From contig NC_068989.1 of the NCBI RefSeq assembly GCF_001194135.2, positions 39,460,478 to 39,515,157 on the forward strand: a stretch of 54,680 nt of DNA, written 5' to 3'. A program made the translations under genes and the position numbers. Source of the DNA: Octopus bimaculoides. Lineage: Eukaryota. Shown piece after piece: positions 38,408-51,751 of this stretch; the first letter of the stretch is position 1; every line of letters starts with the position of its first letter. The notes below the pieces were generated by a model. The model ran no database searches and was not told where the DNA came from. It saw nothing but the letters and a program-made list of their open reading frames with translations.

Positions 38408-40109
38408 TTCTCTCTATAAATAATCCCATATTTATGTATCTTTAATTCTAACGTGATTTTCTGGATACAGGTTCATATTTTCAGAGTCATTTTCCAATAT
38501 GTCACAAAGATAATGCTTTCTAATGACAAACACATTCATACCAGACACTGACTCACTTAGAGACACCAGCTACACTAATAGGCTCAGCCACTTTCATACC
38601 AATCACAATTACAAAGGTGCTAGTAATGTAGGGAAGGTTTTCAAACCTACAGATAACAGAATTTGCTTTATATCATCACTTTTTTATTCCAGCATGGTCT
38701 TTGATGCAATAAGTGTTAAGCATATCAGGAATATAGGGTACCTGATCCCACTGTACCTCATCATTCATTGTTTTGCATATCCTGTATATCTCAGATACCA
38801 TATCTGCATATCTCAGATACCACAACAGAAATCATTTTGTGTCTCTCTTCAAGTTGACTTGAACTCCTAATGACTATCATATCAGCCTTGTCAAACATCA
38901 CACTTAAGGTCAAACCATTCAGGTAACAAATTATGTGATTGGCATTCTCAGGAGATAAACTACATGGACGAGGCAATCCAAATGCAAATGAGTTTCATAT
39001 TACTTAGTAAGAGCTTGTAAACAAATTTATGCATTGAATTTTAAGGATGTGCTTGAGGCAGTCTTGCTTCTTTCACCAGCACTTACCATGCATATATAAA
39101 GATAATATACAGTATTGTTTTTATCTTCATGGTCAATAAGGATTAATGTGATTCCACATTGTCAGTTTAATATTCTTTCATGATTCTCTGAGCTGGTATT
39201 TTGTCATTCACAAACAGAATACACAGTTCTGTGAATTGCTTTTGAGCCACTCTCTTCCTTCTCTTTGCACCACATATTTGAGCTCTTGAGACATCAAAGT
39301 TTAGAGAATCAGTTGAACACTTTGTATTTATGTGTCTTAAAATTAAAATATTCTATTTTGGTCAGCTTCAACTTTGATTGCTTTTGTGCTGACTAAACAA
39401 GTACCAATGAGCTACTGGGACTGATTGAACTGACAACACCACTCATCCAAAATATGTCATGGTGCCAATGAGGGAGGCAGGAAACAATTATTGAACACTA
39501 CAAAATAGTGGCAGTCCAGACAAGTAAATCTTTCATCACTAACAAACATCAGAAATCATTCTTTTGAGAAAGAAAAGAGCTACATATACACACATATATA
39601 TACAGTTAATCTGGGAAAAGGGAACAGAGCACATAACTATGCAGGCTCTTCTACACTGATCAAACTTGCCAGTTCATTAATTCTACCACTCATTAACAGA
39701 ATTTCAGTACTTGTGCACATCTTCATCCTATTCTTCCACCACCTTTGAAGAGATACAACAGCTATATATACCACTTGGTTACTCCAAAATGTTGATGATA
39801 GAACAAAAAACGTTTTCTGAGACTTTTAAACAATCTATCATGATAAAACACTGTAGCTCTTTTGTGGTAAGTAGAGATAACATATCTTTCAATGACATAA
39901 GCATAGCGTGCCCCTTTGCAAACACATGGAATGGACCTCTGCTTTGGGGACTAGTCAGTTCACTGCTTCTGATTAAACCTTCCTTTGTGTAATGTTGCTA
40001 ACAGTTAGAGAGTAACAGCAGAAGAGAGTTCCAAGTGCATGCCAGATACTACAAGCAGTTCAAATCAGCAATTTCAAAGGAGGCTGACCTATCAATTAAT
40101 ACATAAATC

Positions 40110-40600
40110 TGTATGCTATTCACCCTTGGATGAACTATTCTCTTCTTCACCTTCTTTCCTCCAAATTGTTATCTTCAATACCCAAACAAAGTCTGAGAAA
40201 AAGAATCAATTCTGGATATTCATCTTCTCACACTCTGCACAAACATTCAGGAATTTCTGTGAAAGCCTTTAATACTCAACATTTAGTACAAAAAAAAACA
40301 CATCTTCTTCAAACAAACAAGGGAAGCTTCTATGTAGTCATTCAACTTACTAGAAATAATAACCAACTCTTACTCAAATTCTACCCCACTATCATAGAAA
40401 AAAAAACATGACACATGCGATAATGTAGTTCTGGATATACTGTGTTTGAAAGAAAAGAAAAGATGTATTGTAAGGCTACAGTTGGAATGCCTTTGTTCAA
40501 TTAAACCTGACCTGAGGTTAAACAATATAAATCTTACATTGTTCTGTAATGAGATTCCAATCTCTTGCACATTACCGCCAAATAATGTATAAATTTCTTT
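40110..40600 (+). pseudogene. Heavily decayed Penelope-like RT fragment of a second lineage (FYPSI-type)
   Basis: Across frameshifts: IVIFNTQTKSE (cf. RLINPxKSE), LLKFYPTIIEK (cf. FDIxxFYPSIxE), *KKRKDVL*GY (cf. WxKK..FDVxMGxY) and HYRQ (cf. LYRDD), in the expected order. Confidence 0.5.
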
Positions 40601-42384
40601 TAAGGTCAAGTTTAAGAAAGAATTTTGTAGTAACCTCTTGGAAACTTTAAAATATAGTTTGTTTTATTGAGTCAGTTTCGTCATTATTAAACAATATATA
40701 TATGATGGACTGTCCTATTGAAGATGACATTTCAGCTTTTGCCAAACAACCTGCACAAATGATTTGTTTATAGTGATCAAATGTTCATGCTACACATTAG
40801 CTCACTCTCTCCATCAAATCAACATTGTCTGAGCAGGTGCACAATGGACCATGTTTCAGGTATCAAAGTGATTGCAGAGTAACATGAGATGAAGTGTTTT
40901 ACTCAAGAACACAATGTACTAACAAGTCTAGGAAGTGAAACTACTATCTCATAATTGTGAGTGCAACATCCTAACCACTAAGTCATACACCTTTTACTTT
41001 TGACTTGTTTCAGCCATTAGACTGCAGCCAAGCTGGGGCACTGCCTTGAAGGGTTTAGTTGAACAAATGAACCCCAGGACTCAATACATTTATACACTAA
41101 AATGTCTTATAGTGATTTATATTAACTGTTTTTCCATTTAATAATATGCACTTGAACAGCCAACGACAGCTGCTATAGAAGTAAATGACATTGAATGTAT
41201 GATAGCGACACTCATTTACAATTATTATGCAATGCTATGATATGGAGATAAGCAGACAGACAAGTTGACAGAAATTGAAAGAAACCTAAGAAATCCACCC
41301 ACAAAGCCTTGGTCAGCCTGAAGCTATAGTAGAAGACATTTGCCCAAGGTACCATGCAGTGGGACTGAATCTAAAATCATGCGGCTGGGAGGCAAACTTT
41401 ATGCAAATACAGCACAAAAATTCAAATACATTAAAATCCTATTCCATAAAATTTCACAAATTCTGTGGAAGTTACTAGAAATCACGCTGAGGACACACAA
41501 ACGAGAATAATTAGTCTCCATGAAATTCTAACTTAATTTCCAATCTTCATCAATCAACAGTGATGTTTCTAATTACCTTCCAGCCATACGATGTCACCTG
41601 CAAAACATATCACCTGCAGTATAAATCTGATTTTCACTATCTGACAAATGCAAGCAATTATTGTTTTGCTTCCTTCTCAAAGTAACTCGAGTTCAGTGAT
41701 ATGTAATGAATGGAGAAATGCCAAGAAACTACAGCATGAAATCCAAGAGAGACATTAGAACTAATACAGAGATAGATATTTCAACCTCTTTAGGTAAGCT
41801 TTAAAAGTATCAGTTTTATCCAAGATAGAACTGATTTAACAGTCTCAGAAAACCAATTATGGAATTATCTTTCATTAAGGAAAGATCTTTCTGTTAACCT
41901 TGTAATGATGTTGACACAAGTTAGTCAGATATATTTGGATAGAGTTATAATAGATTACTTAATTTGAACTATAAATTACTCTCTAACATTTACAATATTC
42001 ATTAATGTGAAGTCTAACTTCTCTTTCTACTCTCATAAATGTATAATCATATTTTAATAGTTTAGAATTCTCAATTTTCTCTACTTTAAGGAGGGCCAGC
42101 ATTTTGCCATAGGATACAGTTGTTCAATAAGGGAGACTGTAATCTTAATTGTATCAATCCATATTTTAACTTTAATCCTTGAAGACTTTTACTAAGAGGT
42201 ACTATAATTTTAATTTTAAATAATCATGAGTACAAACAAATTTTAATCTTAAATTAATTAAGTGGTTTATTAAGAGAAATAACATAATTTTAAGTAACCA
42301 TACACAAACGAAAGTTTCAATTTGAATCTTAATTTTAGCAACCATTGTATTGAAACAAACAATAAAATTTTATTTGTGCCCGCG

Positions 42385-42700
42385 ACATGTGTAAGGACTT
42401 TTGAGCGAGATCGTTGCCAGTGCACCTGAACTGGCTCTTGTGCGGGTGGCACATAAAATACACCATTTTGAGTGTGGCCGTTGCCAGTACCGCCTGACTG
42501 GCCTTCGTGCCGGTGGCATGTAAAAAGCACCCACTACACTCTCTGAGTGGTTGGCGTTAGGAAGGGCATCTAGCTGTAGAAACTCTGCCAAATCAGATTG
42601 GAGCCTGGTGTAGCTATCTGGTTTCACCAGTCCTCAGTCAAATCGTCCAACCCATGCTAACATGGAAAGCGGACGTTAAACGACGATGATGATGATGATG
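42385..42700 (+). mobile_element. Meta-domain / RTE-tail short retroposon, young-looking copy
   Basis: ggttggcgttaggaagggcatctagctgtagaaac ... catggaaagcggacgttaaacgacgatgatgatgatg; retains many CpGs. Confidence 0.9.
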
Positions 42701-43544
42701 TAAGCAGGAAACAAAATCATCAATCATCATCTTTTTACATGCCAAATAATTTTATGTGTACACATGTTTAATTAATCCATTAAGTGCAAGCAATGAGAAA
42801 GTTAAGTCTAACCTCTTGTACATAAGTCATTTTAGTATTTCAACATTTCCAGTTGCCCTTCCTAACACCAACCAGAGTGCACAGTGCTTTTTACATGGCA
42901 CGAGCACAGGTGAGGTCAGATTTGGCATGATTTTTACAGCTGGATGCCCTTCCAAATGCCAACCACTTAAGGGATAAAAACCTGAGCGCTGTCTTCACTA
43001 AGCTCTTCTGTGAATCCCAGTTATCAATTAAATTATATGTAGAACGTTTATCTTTAAAAAGAAAGCCATCAATATAAGTTGAAATTCCTGATAAAATATA
43101 TTAGTTAGAGCATATGGATATATTAAAACAAAGGCTGGAATTTATGGAATTTTTTTTAATTCTGTAGTTACAATTGCTTCAGACATAACCAAGCTGTTTG
43201 GTACATGAGGGCTGATAAAATGCAATCTGTGAGAGCTTTGGCAAGAACACCTTCTACTCATGGAGTTGTCAGACAGACTTCTGATCTCAGAATATGAGAC
43301 ATGGAAAGAGTCTGATCAGTAACTGGTCTTAAGATGGCAAATTAATGAGGTTTTCTGTAAGAAAGCCCTTCTACAAATGAAGTAGCTTGGCAGACCTACA
43401 ACCCCCAAAATTTTGAGACAAAGTGAGGGTCTGATCAGTAACTTATCTCTTGAGTGGTAATTTATCAAGAAGGTTTCCAGGTTAGATATGATAAAAATCT
43501 TTGCCAATGATTTTCAGCAAAGTTAAGGCCAACATTTGTCTTGT

Positions 43545-43767
43545 TCACTGAACTTTAAACTGGGCATATCCAGTCAAGTGTTCTTCCTGTTTTGTGTTCA
43601 AACTGGTTAGATCAGGCCTCTTGCACCTAACCTACAATATCTTTTTTTAAAATAAACAATCAAATCATTAAATTCTTGAAGCTATGAAACAATGCATGAT
43701 TAATTAAAAACAATATGAATAAAGAAGCATTACATTTGATAGAGTAATCTGAATGTTAAAGAGTTAA
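43545..43767. mobile_element. ~220-bp MITE-like repeat
   Basis: Ends agcattacatttgatagagtaatctgaatgttaaagagttaa; a second, interrupted copy at 44674-45177. Confidence 0.6.
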
Positions 43768-44673
43768 ACCTTTAAAGTTCTTTGACACAATTGTATAATG
43801 AGAACAAGTTGGTTAGCATTCAAATGGCTTTAGATTCAACAAATGCAAACCTTGTAAGCAATTGCCATAAAAAAAAACAGTCATATAGCAAAAGATAAGT
43901 ACTTATATTCTATTCTAGATGTTTCATTGAATTATCAGTTATCTTAAACATTTATTAACACCCATTTACATGATATTCAGTTCCAAAAGAATATATTTCT
44001 CATTTCACTGAGAAATTCTTAAATGTATTGGCACTATCAATAGCAGACTATACAATTCTAATCTTTATACTTAGATTCTCAATATTTACTTATAAATAGA
44101 AATAAGTGTGTGTACACACACACAAACACACACACATGAGCACATTTATCTTCATTCGATGTTTGTTTTATCACTCAAAATAGAAAAAACGAAGAAAAAT
44201 AGGAAGGAAAATAAAAAGTTATAAAAATGATAAATATATAAACAAACAAAAATAACCAAGGCTTCAACATTTATACATTTAAATTGTGAAATTTCATGAT
44301 GGCCTGTTACGCACACACACCTATACACCTATATACAACTATATACACATATTTCTACATACACACACACACCCTCACACAGGTGTTACTGGAAACAACA
44401 GTGTTCAACTTGATGGTTGTTGAAATATGTATATTAAAAGATTTATATGTAGGGAGGTGAAAGTGTTGTTGGTCACCCAGTGTTTTATTAAGGTGACACA
44501 CATACACACACTGATGTTAAATCACCGAAATATTTAAAATGATAGAAGACACTGTTTTTATTATTTACTCAAGAAAAATGTTGTGTCTATTAGATAAGAA
44601 TTAATGGGAATATTTGAGTAGGCTTTAATATATTTTCAATACATTTACTTAAGTTGAGATGTTGAACTTTGTT

Positions 44674-45177
44674 TAACCTCTTAGATTTTTAAAACCAGCC
44701 ATATCCAGCCAAGATATTTTACCTGTTTCACGTTCACATCAATCAGATCTGGACTCTCACACCTATTCTTCAATATCATTCTAAAGTGTTAAATGAAGAA
44801 ACAATGATGAGTGAAAATTCTGTAAATGATAATTATAAATTTTAAGTATATAAGTGTTCATTGTGTATTAGCTATAGAAAATAGTTTGATATTGAGACAT
44901 ATAAAACCTGGTTGGAAAATAATGGGTATTCACACAGGTACTAATACCCATTTTTTTCAATCAAGAATTTATATGCCCCAATATTAGACTATTCTCAATA
45001 GCTGATACATGGTGAACACTTATAAGCATAAAGCTTATAATGCTATTTACAGTCATTCTAAAGATAAACAGTCACGTCTTCAACATCTGAAACTATGACA
45101 TAATGCTAGATTAATTCAAGGCAATATAAATAAATAAGCATTACATTTGACAGAGTAATCTGAATGTTAAAGGGTTA
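44674..45177. mobile_element. Same MITE-like repeat, split by a 266-bp insert bounded by an 11-bp direct repeat
   Basis: ttaacctcttag... left half; TCATTCTAAAG at 44776-44786 and 45053-45063; right half ends gtaatctgaatgttaaagggtta. Confidence 0.6.
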
Positions 45178-45519
45178 TTGATATCTGTGTTAGGTACAAG
45201 GGCATACTTTAGAAAGAAGAAAACAGCTGATAAATCCCCTATAGCATCCCATATACGACTGGTACTTATTTTATTGACTCTGAAAAGAATGATTAACAAA
45301 GTTGGCTTTGGTGAGATTCAGAACCAGAATGTAATGAGTCACAATCACAAGGTAATTCGTGCAACAGGGAGTCTCCAAGTTGAGCTTCTACTTCACGTTG
45401 AAAGGTCATAGCTATAAGAATGTTAGAAGAAAGAATTGCAAGACAGATTCTTCAAACCAAGTCAACCAACACGACACTTAGAGCAGACCAAGAACGAGGG
45501 AGACGGTTGGATATATCTA

Positions 45520-45727
45520 TATGAGGGAGTGCTGAAAATTTCCTGGCTTTGGGTTAAAAAAAAATACAAGAGGATCAGTTACTTATGATTTTATTCAACA
45601 TATTCTCCTCTCAGATTCACACATTTAGTGTAGCAGTCCTTCATTTTTTCTTAGCCAAAGAGTTGGGCCCTCAATTAGGCCTTTTGCGATACCTTTAAAG
45701 CCAGGAACTTTCCAGCAAGCCCTCGTA
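45520..45727. mobile_element. Tc1/mariner-derived MITE, copy 2
   Basis: tatgagggagtgctgaaaatttcctggcttt ... aaagccaggaactttccagcaagccctcgta. Confidence 0.85.
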
Positions 45728-46425
45728 GTCTCAGTTAGTCACACTCAAGAACCCAGATGGAAAGTGTTATGACTGTTGCTTCTGAAAGGCCCCTATAGAG
45801 GAGGTGTCTGAGAACAGGAATGGTGGACAGAAAAGATGGATGGATCTGAGTAGTAGAAATGGTAAAGTGATTGACTAAATACTTGGCTTTACTGTATTGT
45901 AACACTATAATCTAGGTTCAGATCCCACCAGGGTTAGCCTTGGTTTGTGCTCATCCAAGACTGACACAATAAAAACCAGTCAACAACAGAGTATTTTATA
46001 AATTCACTACCCTTTCTCCTACCAAAAAGTGCCTGTTTTCATCCTTATGTTTTAAATCAATATTATGTAAAGAATCTTAGGCCAAGCAGTACCTCATATA
46101 TGGTTATGGAAAATGCAAACTCTCTAAGTTTATTCCGCCACCACACATACTCCCCTGTGAGCATACTGTGTTTTACAGAATGATGAATTGGTTTCCTGAT
46201 GTAGATGTATCTTTAATTTCTATTAAAACATAATGCTCCACCCAACTAAAATCTCATTAAGAAATATATGAAAGTTTAGTATGTATGTTCATGTGTGTGA
46301 GTGTGTTTAGTATGTGTATGTAAATATGTATGTGCGTATATGATGTGTGCTTAAAGGGTGAGAGAGAAAGAGAGAAGCTGTCAAATTTTCAATAAAATTT
46401 TCCTCAAAGATAAATTGAAACACAG

Positions 46426-46480
<55 letters not shown>

Positions 46481-46640
46481 NNNNNNNNNNNNNNNNNNNN
46501 NNNNNNNNNNNNNNNNNNNNNNNNNNNNNNNNNNNNNNNNNNNNNNNNNNNNNNNNNNNNNNNNNNNNNNNNNNNNNNNNNNNNNNNNNNNNNNNNNNNN
46601 NNNNNNNNNNNNNNNNNNNNNNNNNNNNNNNNNNNNNNNN
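46481..46640. other. Assembly gap (160 N) between (GT)n and (AT)n microsatellites
   Basis: N run. Confidence 1.
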
Positions 46641-47280
46641 ATATATATATATATATATACATACATACACACATACAAATGCATATAAGGAAAATGGACA
46701 TAAAATGATATATATTTCGTCATGTTATGACTGTTTTCCATGCATACACACACACACACACACACACACATTTTATGCAATTTAGGCACTCCCACATGCA
46801 TATAGAGAGGTGAATGCAGACTCATAGACAGAGCTACAGCCACATGCAAATACATACATAAAGTTACACACAAGTTATATGGTAAATTAGCACACATCTA
46901 TTAATTGACAATACTTGTCATGAACAGCTTCACATGTCTATAATAATCTAACATGTCTGAACTTCTACAGCAAAAACTTGAGAAGTTTATATTATAGAGA
47001 ACTTGGGTGTCAAAGAAGCCAAGTTTCCTCATCCCCACCTCTCCCTGCTTCTGTCATCATTAAGTGTCATCAGAAGAAAGCAGTGTCAGAGTGTGATTCT
47101 AATACAATTCTATGCTGCTGCACAAACCAACAAAGAGAGTGATGAGCACTTTGTGATCACTCAGCCTGCTAGAAATAACAACCAAATTCCTTTTAAATCA
47201 AAACTTGTCTAGAGAGTAAAAAATGGATGTATTAGCTTATTCAGTCTTAGATATATTGCATCTGAAATTTAAAAGATGTG

Positions 47281-47650
47281 AAGGCATGACTGTGTGGGAA
47301 GAAGCTTACTTCCAAAACACATGGTTCTTGGTTCAGTTCCATTGTGTGGAACTTTGGGCAAGTATTTTTTGCTATAGTCTCAGGCTAACCAAAGCCTTAT
47401 GAATGAATTTTGGTAGACTGAAAGAAACCGATCATGTGTGTGTGTGTGTGTCTGTCCCACAATCACTTGACAACTGATGGTGCTATGTTAATGTCCTTGT
47501 AACTTAGCAATTCATCAAAAGAGATTGATAGAATAAGTGCCAGGCTCTTAAAAAGAAAAAAAGAGTAGTGAGATTGATTCATTCGACTAAAGATTCTTCA
47601 AGGTTGTACACCAGCATGGTCGCAGTCTCACAACTGAAACAAGTAAAAGA
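47281..47650 (+). mobile_element. tRNA-headed SINE (family of 5408/17634), approximately full length
   Basis: aaggcatgactgtgtgggaagaagctt...ggttcagttcc...ccaaagcctt...aactgaaacaagtaaaaga. Confidence 0.8.
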
Positions 47651-48332
47651 AAAAAAGAAAAAAAGATCATAGTAGGAGCAGTTCTAAACATTGGGCTACA
47701 AGATCAGTACAGACCTTGGGTTAAACAAGAAAATCATACCACACATATCTGCACAAGAAAAATGGATGCAATATAACATTAAAATGTTAAATCGATCAAT
47801 TTATATCGAGATATTCAAATTTACTGGAGTGTGATTGGAAATTTATTAAATTTGTAAAGCAACAAACACAAATGATATTTAAAGATACATCTTACACACA
47901 TATGCACACACTATTACAATTATATAGAATATATTTAGTGTGTATGTATATAAATATATATATATATATGTACATAGATATATGCCTGTGTGCATTCAGA
48001 AATGAGCATACATACATTTATCATACATTTCCCCCCAAAATAAATTAAATGAAATAAAAAATATAAAAAAAGCAAGACATACATGTATAATAAAGCAATA
48101 TAGTTGCCATGCTGTGTGTATATGTGTAAAGGTGCACACATTGCATGTGGAATTGTGCACTTGTATAAGTGTGCACTTGTATAAGTGTGCACATTTGTAT
48201 CTATATGCTGATGCATATCTACATGTATGTACATCCGTCTATATACATACATATATACACATGTGAAACTGATGAGAACTTTTAACATGAAGTTCAACTC
48301 CTATATGGTAACATTCCCCATTATACATACAA

Positions 48333-48381
<49 letters not shown>

Positions 48382-50555
48382 TAGATAGATAGATAGATAT
48401 ATGCAAGTGTGTGTGTGTGTGTGCCTGCACATAAACTGTCAATGTTTTAGGTGAATACTTACACAAATTCCAGAGTGGAATCATCTTCATCTTTGAATGT
48501 ATGTCTTTCATGCTGGCATAGGCTGCATGGTGTGACAGAATCTGACAATCTGGAGGGATTGCATTGAGCTCCAATGTTTAGGCATGACCTCAATGGCCAA
48601 ATGCTCTTCCTAATGCCAACCACATTACATAGTGTTCTAAGTGCTTTTTTTTTCATAGCACCACCACTAGTGAGACTACCAAGTAACTCACAAGACAAAG
48701 AAAAGACATCCTCAATTGAGTGGGATTGTAGTAGAGAGGAAGGTGATTTTATGCCAGATGCTGAGAAGCTAAAGTATGATAGAGGGACAGGAACAGGCAT
48801 CTTTGCTAGAGAGGAGATACGTGGTACCACTGCATTATATAAGAGTAGTTGGATATAGTTTGAAAGAAGACAACAATAATTATGTCAAGGTATCAAAGCA
48901 TACTCTCAAGATACAAGAAGGTGAGTATATGAATAAATATGCATAGAAGGGTGAGTGGCTAAGTTCATTAGAGTGAAAGAGGAGAAGGACAGATGATTAG
49001 AGATAGTTGTAGAGGTGAATGTTATGAACGGAACAAGGGTGGAGGTGTAGTTGATGATAAATATCAGTATGGAGGGGGAAAGGTGAAAGGCAGAGGAGTA
49101 GCAGTATTATAAACCTGTAGGTAGATCAGAAAATGTGTAGATTATATGTGGGGCAAGAGAGAGATAGGTACAGTAACAGATGGATGTCAAAGATATCAAA
49201 TGCAATTATACTGTCTCTCTGTCTTTTATCCTGCAGTTTTTGCAATCAGAAGAATCATACTGAAATAAATGAGAAATTGGCAAAGGTGAGTGATAGAGTG
49301 CCTTGCAGTATTTGTTGTGACTCAGCATTTTGAGATCAAACCCTACTGCGATCAACTTTGCCTTTCATCGTTTTGAGTACAACGCCATATTTTCTATCAT
49401 GCAAGTCAAATTTTTCAGACTAAAAGTTACAGCTGAAAATGGTGGATTGACTTATACACCAAAATGATTTTAGAAGACAAAAATTCCATGTGAAATGCTA
49501 CAGGATTTAGAAAGATAAGGATGATGTCTGAATGCTTACATTATATACAAGCTGGCATGAGTTGGACCGTTTGACCAAAGCTGGCAAGCCAGAGAGATGC
49601 TCTAGGTTCCAGTCTGATTTGACTTGGTTTCTCCAGCTGGATGCCTTTCCTAATGCTAACCATTATACAATGATGTGGCAAAAAGAAAGCACCACTCCAG
49701 AGGGCAAAGCAAATTGATGGAAAGGATAGTATGTTAGATGAGATACCTTATGGCAACCACTCTGAACTTTTGCATTCTAATAGCAATACCTGTGACAAAC
49801 CTTGTGCCAATGTGTATTGGCCTCCAAATGGTCGTGCTTTTATTAGACCTGTGGCCTTCAACCATTTTTGCACCACAGACCAGTTACACACAAGACAATT
49901 GTTTCCCAGATTGGTGGAGTCATACACACCATAAAACATAAGTGCATAAATTTGCTTTAATATGTTATTTGTTTTTGTATCTAGTTTGCAAGATTCTTTA
50001 TGTGAATTCGTGTGTTGAAGCAAATTTTGTTGTGTCTGGGGAGAGTCATATTGTCTTAATGCCTTATTATCCAACACACTCACCAGTTCGATTTCCACTC
50101 ATTTATTATTTACATTTTTTGGCTTCTAAAATTTTCATTACTTTTACAACATTTGCAAAAGAGCAATGAAAATTTTGGAAGAAAAGATATAAATAATAGA
50201 TGAGTGGAAATCAAACCAGTGAGTGTGTTAGATAATAAGGCATTAAGACAAAATGACTCTCCCCAGACACAATATAATTTAATTATTACATATATAATGC
50301 ACATATATTACATAAATAATATATATATATAATGCAAAAACATTCTGCAGATGTCAAGAGTCAATAAAATATAATTTCAAAATTTATTCTTTCTGTGCAG
50401 CCCAATCCAAATGATTTATAGTTTGGTACTGGTTCACAGCCCTGCAGTTGGGACCTTTTTATTAGACAACATTGGTGACAAAGAGAGGGAGTACTTATCT
50501 GTATGGGCAACTGCCAGCTTTGAATAAAGAAGAACCTTGCCTAGGGTAGCAGATA

Positions 50556-50767
50556 TATGAGGTGGGTGCTGAAAAGTTTCTGGCTTTGGGTAAAAGAAAA
50601 CACATGAGGATCTGTTAATTATGATTTTATTCAACATATTCCACACTCAGATTCATACTTATTGCAGTGGTTCTTCAGTCTTTCTCAGACCGGGAAAGGA
50701 ACTCGGAAGGTTGGGCCAACCTTTTGTAATACCCTTAAAGCCAGGAACTTTTCAGCACTCCCTTGTA
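50556..50767. mobile_element. Tc1/mariner-derived MITE, copy 3
   Basis: tatgaggtgggtgctgaaaagtttctggcttt ... aaagccaggaacttttcagcactcccttgta. Confidence 0.85.
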
Positions 50768-50911
50768 GATGCAAACACAGAGTCACCTCTGACTGGTGAC
50801 TCTAGAAGTACTGGAGAATGGACATTGACTGGAAGAGACTTAATTGTAGTGGTAGTGCTGTGTGTTGAGTGAAAATATACTAAACAATGAGCTTTGCTAA
50901 TGGAAGTTGTG

Positions 50912-51751
50912 TATTGCCTTACATATGTTGGGGTATTGTTAAAGGAGAAATATTATCGTTTGGGTGATGGTGAGCAGAGAAGGGCAGAGATGTGGGAATA
51001 GGAGAATTTATAGTAAGTTAGAATTTAGATATAGTGTAATCTATTATTACATGCTTTTCTGACAGAAGATATGTAGACACATGTTTATATGCCTGTTACA
51101 TGTTATACACACACATAGAATATGTATAAATACATGTGTGTGTGTGTGCATATACAGCCAACATAGTATATGAATTCTGTAGTTGATGTTACAGTTTTCC
51201 TTCATAGTCCATTGTGTGCGTGTGTGTGTGTGCGTGCGTATGTGTGTATACATAATACCATATCATTATAATGTGTGAACTAAGATCTCAATTGGCATGT
51301 GTAATCTTTAAGTCTTCTAATTTGGANNNNNNNNNNTATTGCCTTACATATGTTGGGGTATTGTTAAAGGAGAAATATTATCGTTTGGGTGATGGTGAGC
51401 AGAGAAGGGCAGAGATGTGGGAATAGGAGAATTTATAGTAAGTTAGAATTTAGATATAGTGTAATCTATTATTACATGCTTTTCTGACAGAAGATATGTA
51501 GACACATGTTTATATGCCTGTTACATGTTATACACACACATAGAATATGTATAAATACATGTGTGTGTGTGTGCATATACAGCCAACATAGTATATGAAT
51601 TCTGTAGTTGATGTTACAGTTTTCCTTCATAGTCCATTGTGTGCGTGTGTGTGTGTGCGTGCGTATGTGTGTATACATAATACCATATCATTATAATGTG
51701 TGAACTAAGATCTCAATTGGCATGTGTAATCTTTAAGTCTTCTAATTTGGA
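50912..51751. other. 415-bp exact direct duplication either side of a 10-N gap (probable unmerged contig overlap)
   Basis: 50912-51326 and 51337-51751 look identical (identical 68-aa ORFs 425 bp apart) and both abut the gap at 51327-51336. Confidence 0.9.

Noticed and set aside
41577-41597. 21-nt minus-strand micro-exon candidate (GDIVWLE) with good acceptor and donor
   Set aside because: It is isolated and cannot be linked to other exons; such short signal pairs arise by chance. The same applies to candidates at ~10591, 22138, 29781, 37695 and 52954.
43275-43470. Two ~60-bp direct repeats ~122 bp apart (tgagaca...gtctgatcagtaact)
   Set aside because: Only two diverged units, consistent with an ordinary local duplication; not CRISPR-like and no associated genes.
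48269-48315. CTGATGA followed by a 6-bp hairpin (gaactt/aagttc), hammerhead-like
   Set aside because: The required GAAA is absent (AAC follows) and stems I and III do not pair in register.
50912-51751. Perfect 415-bp tandem duplication (twin 68-aa ORFs)
   Set aside because: The copies are identical and abut a 10-N gap, the classic signature of an unmerged contig overlap rather than biology.
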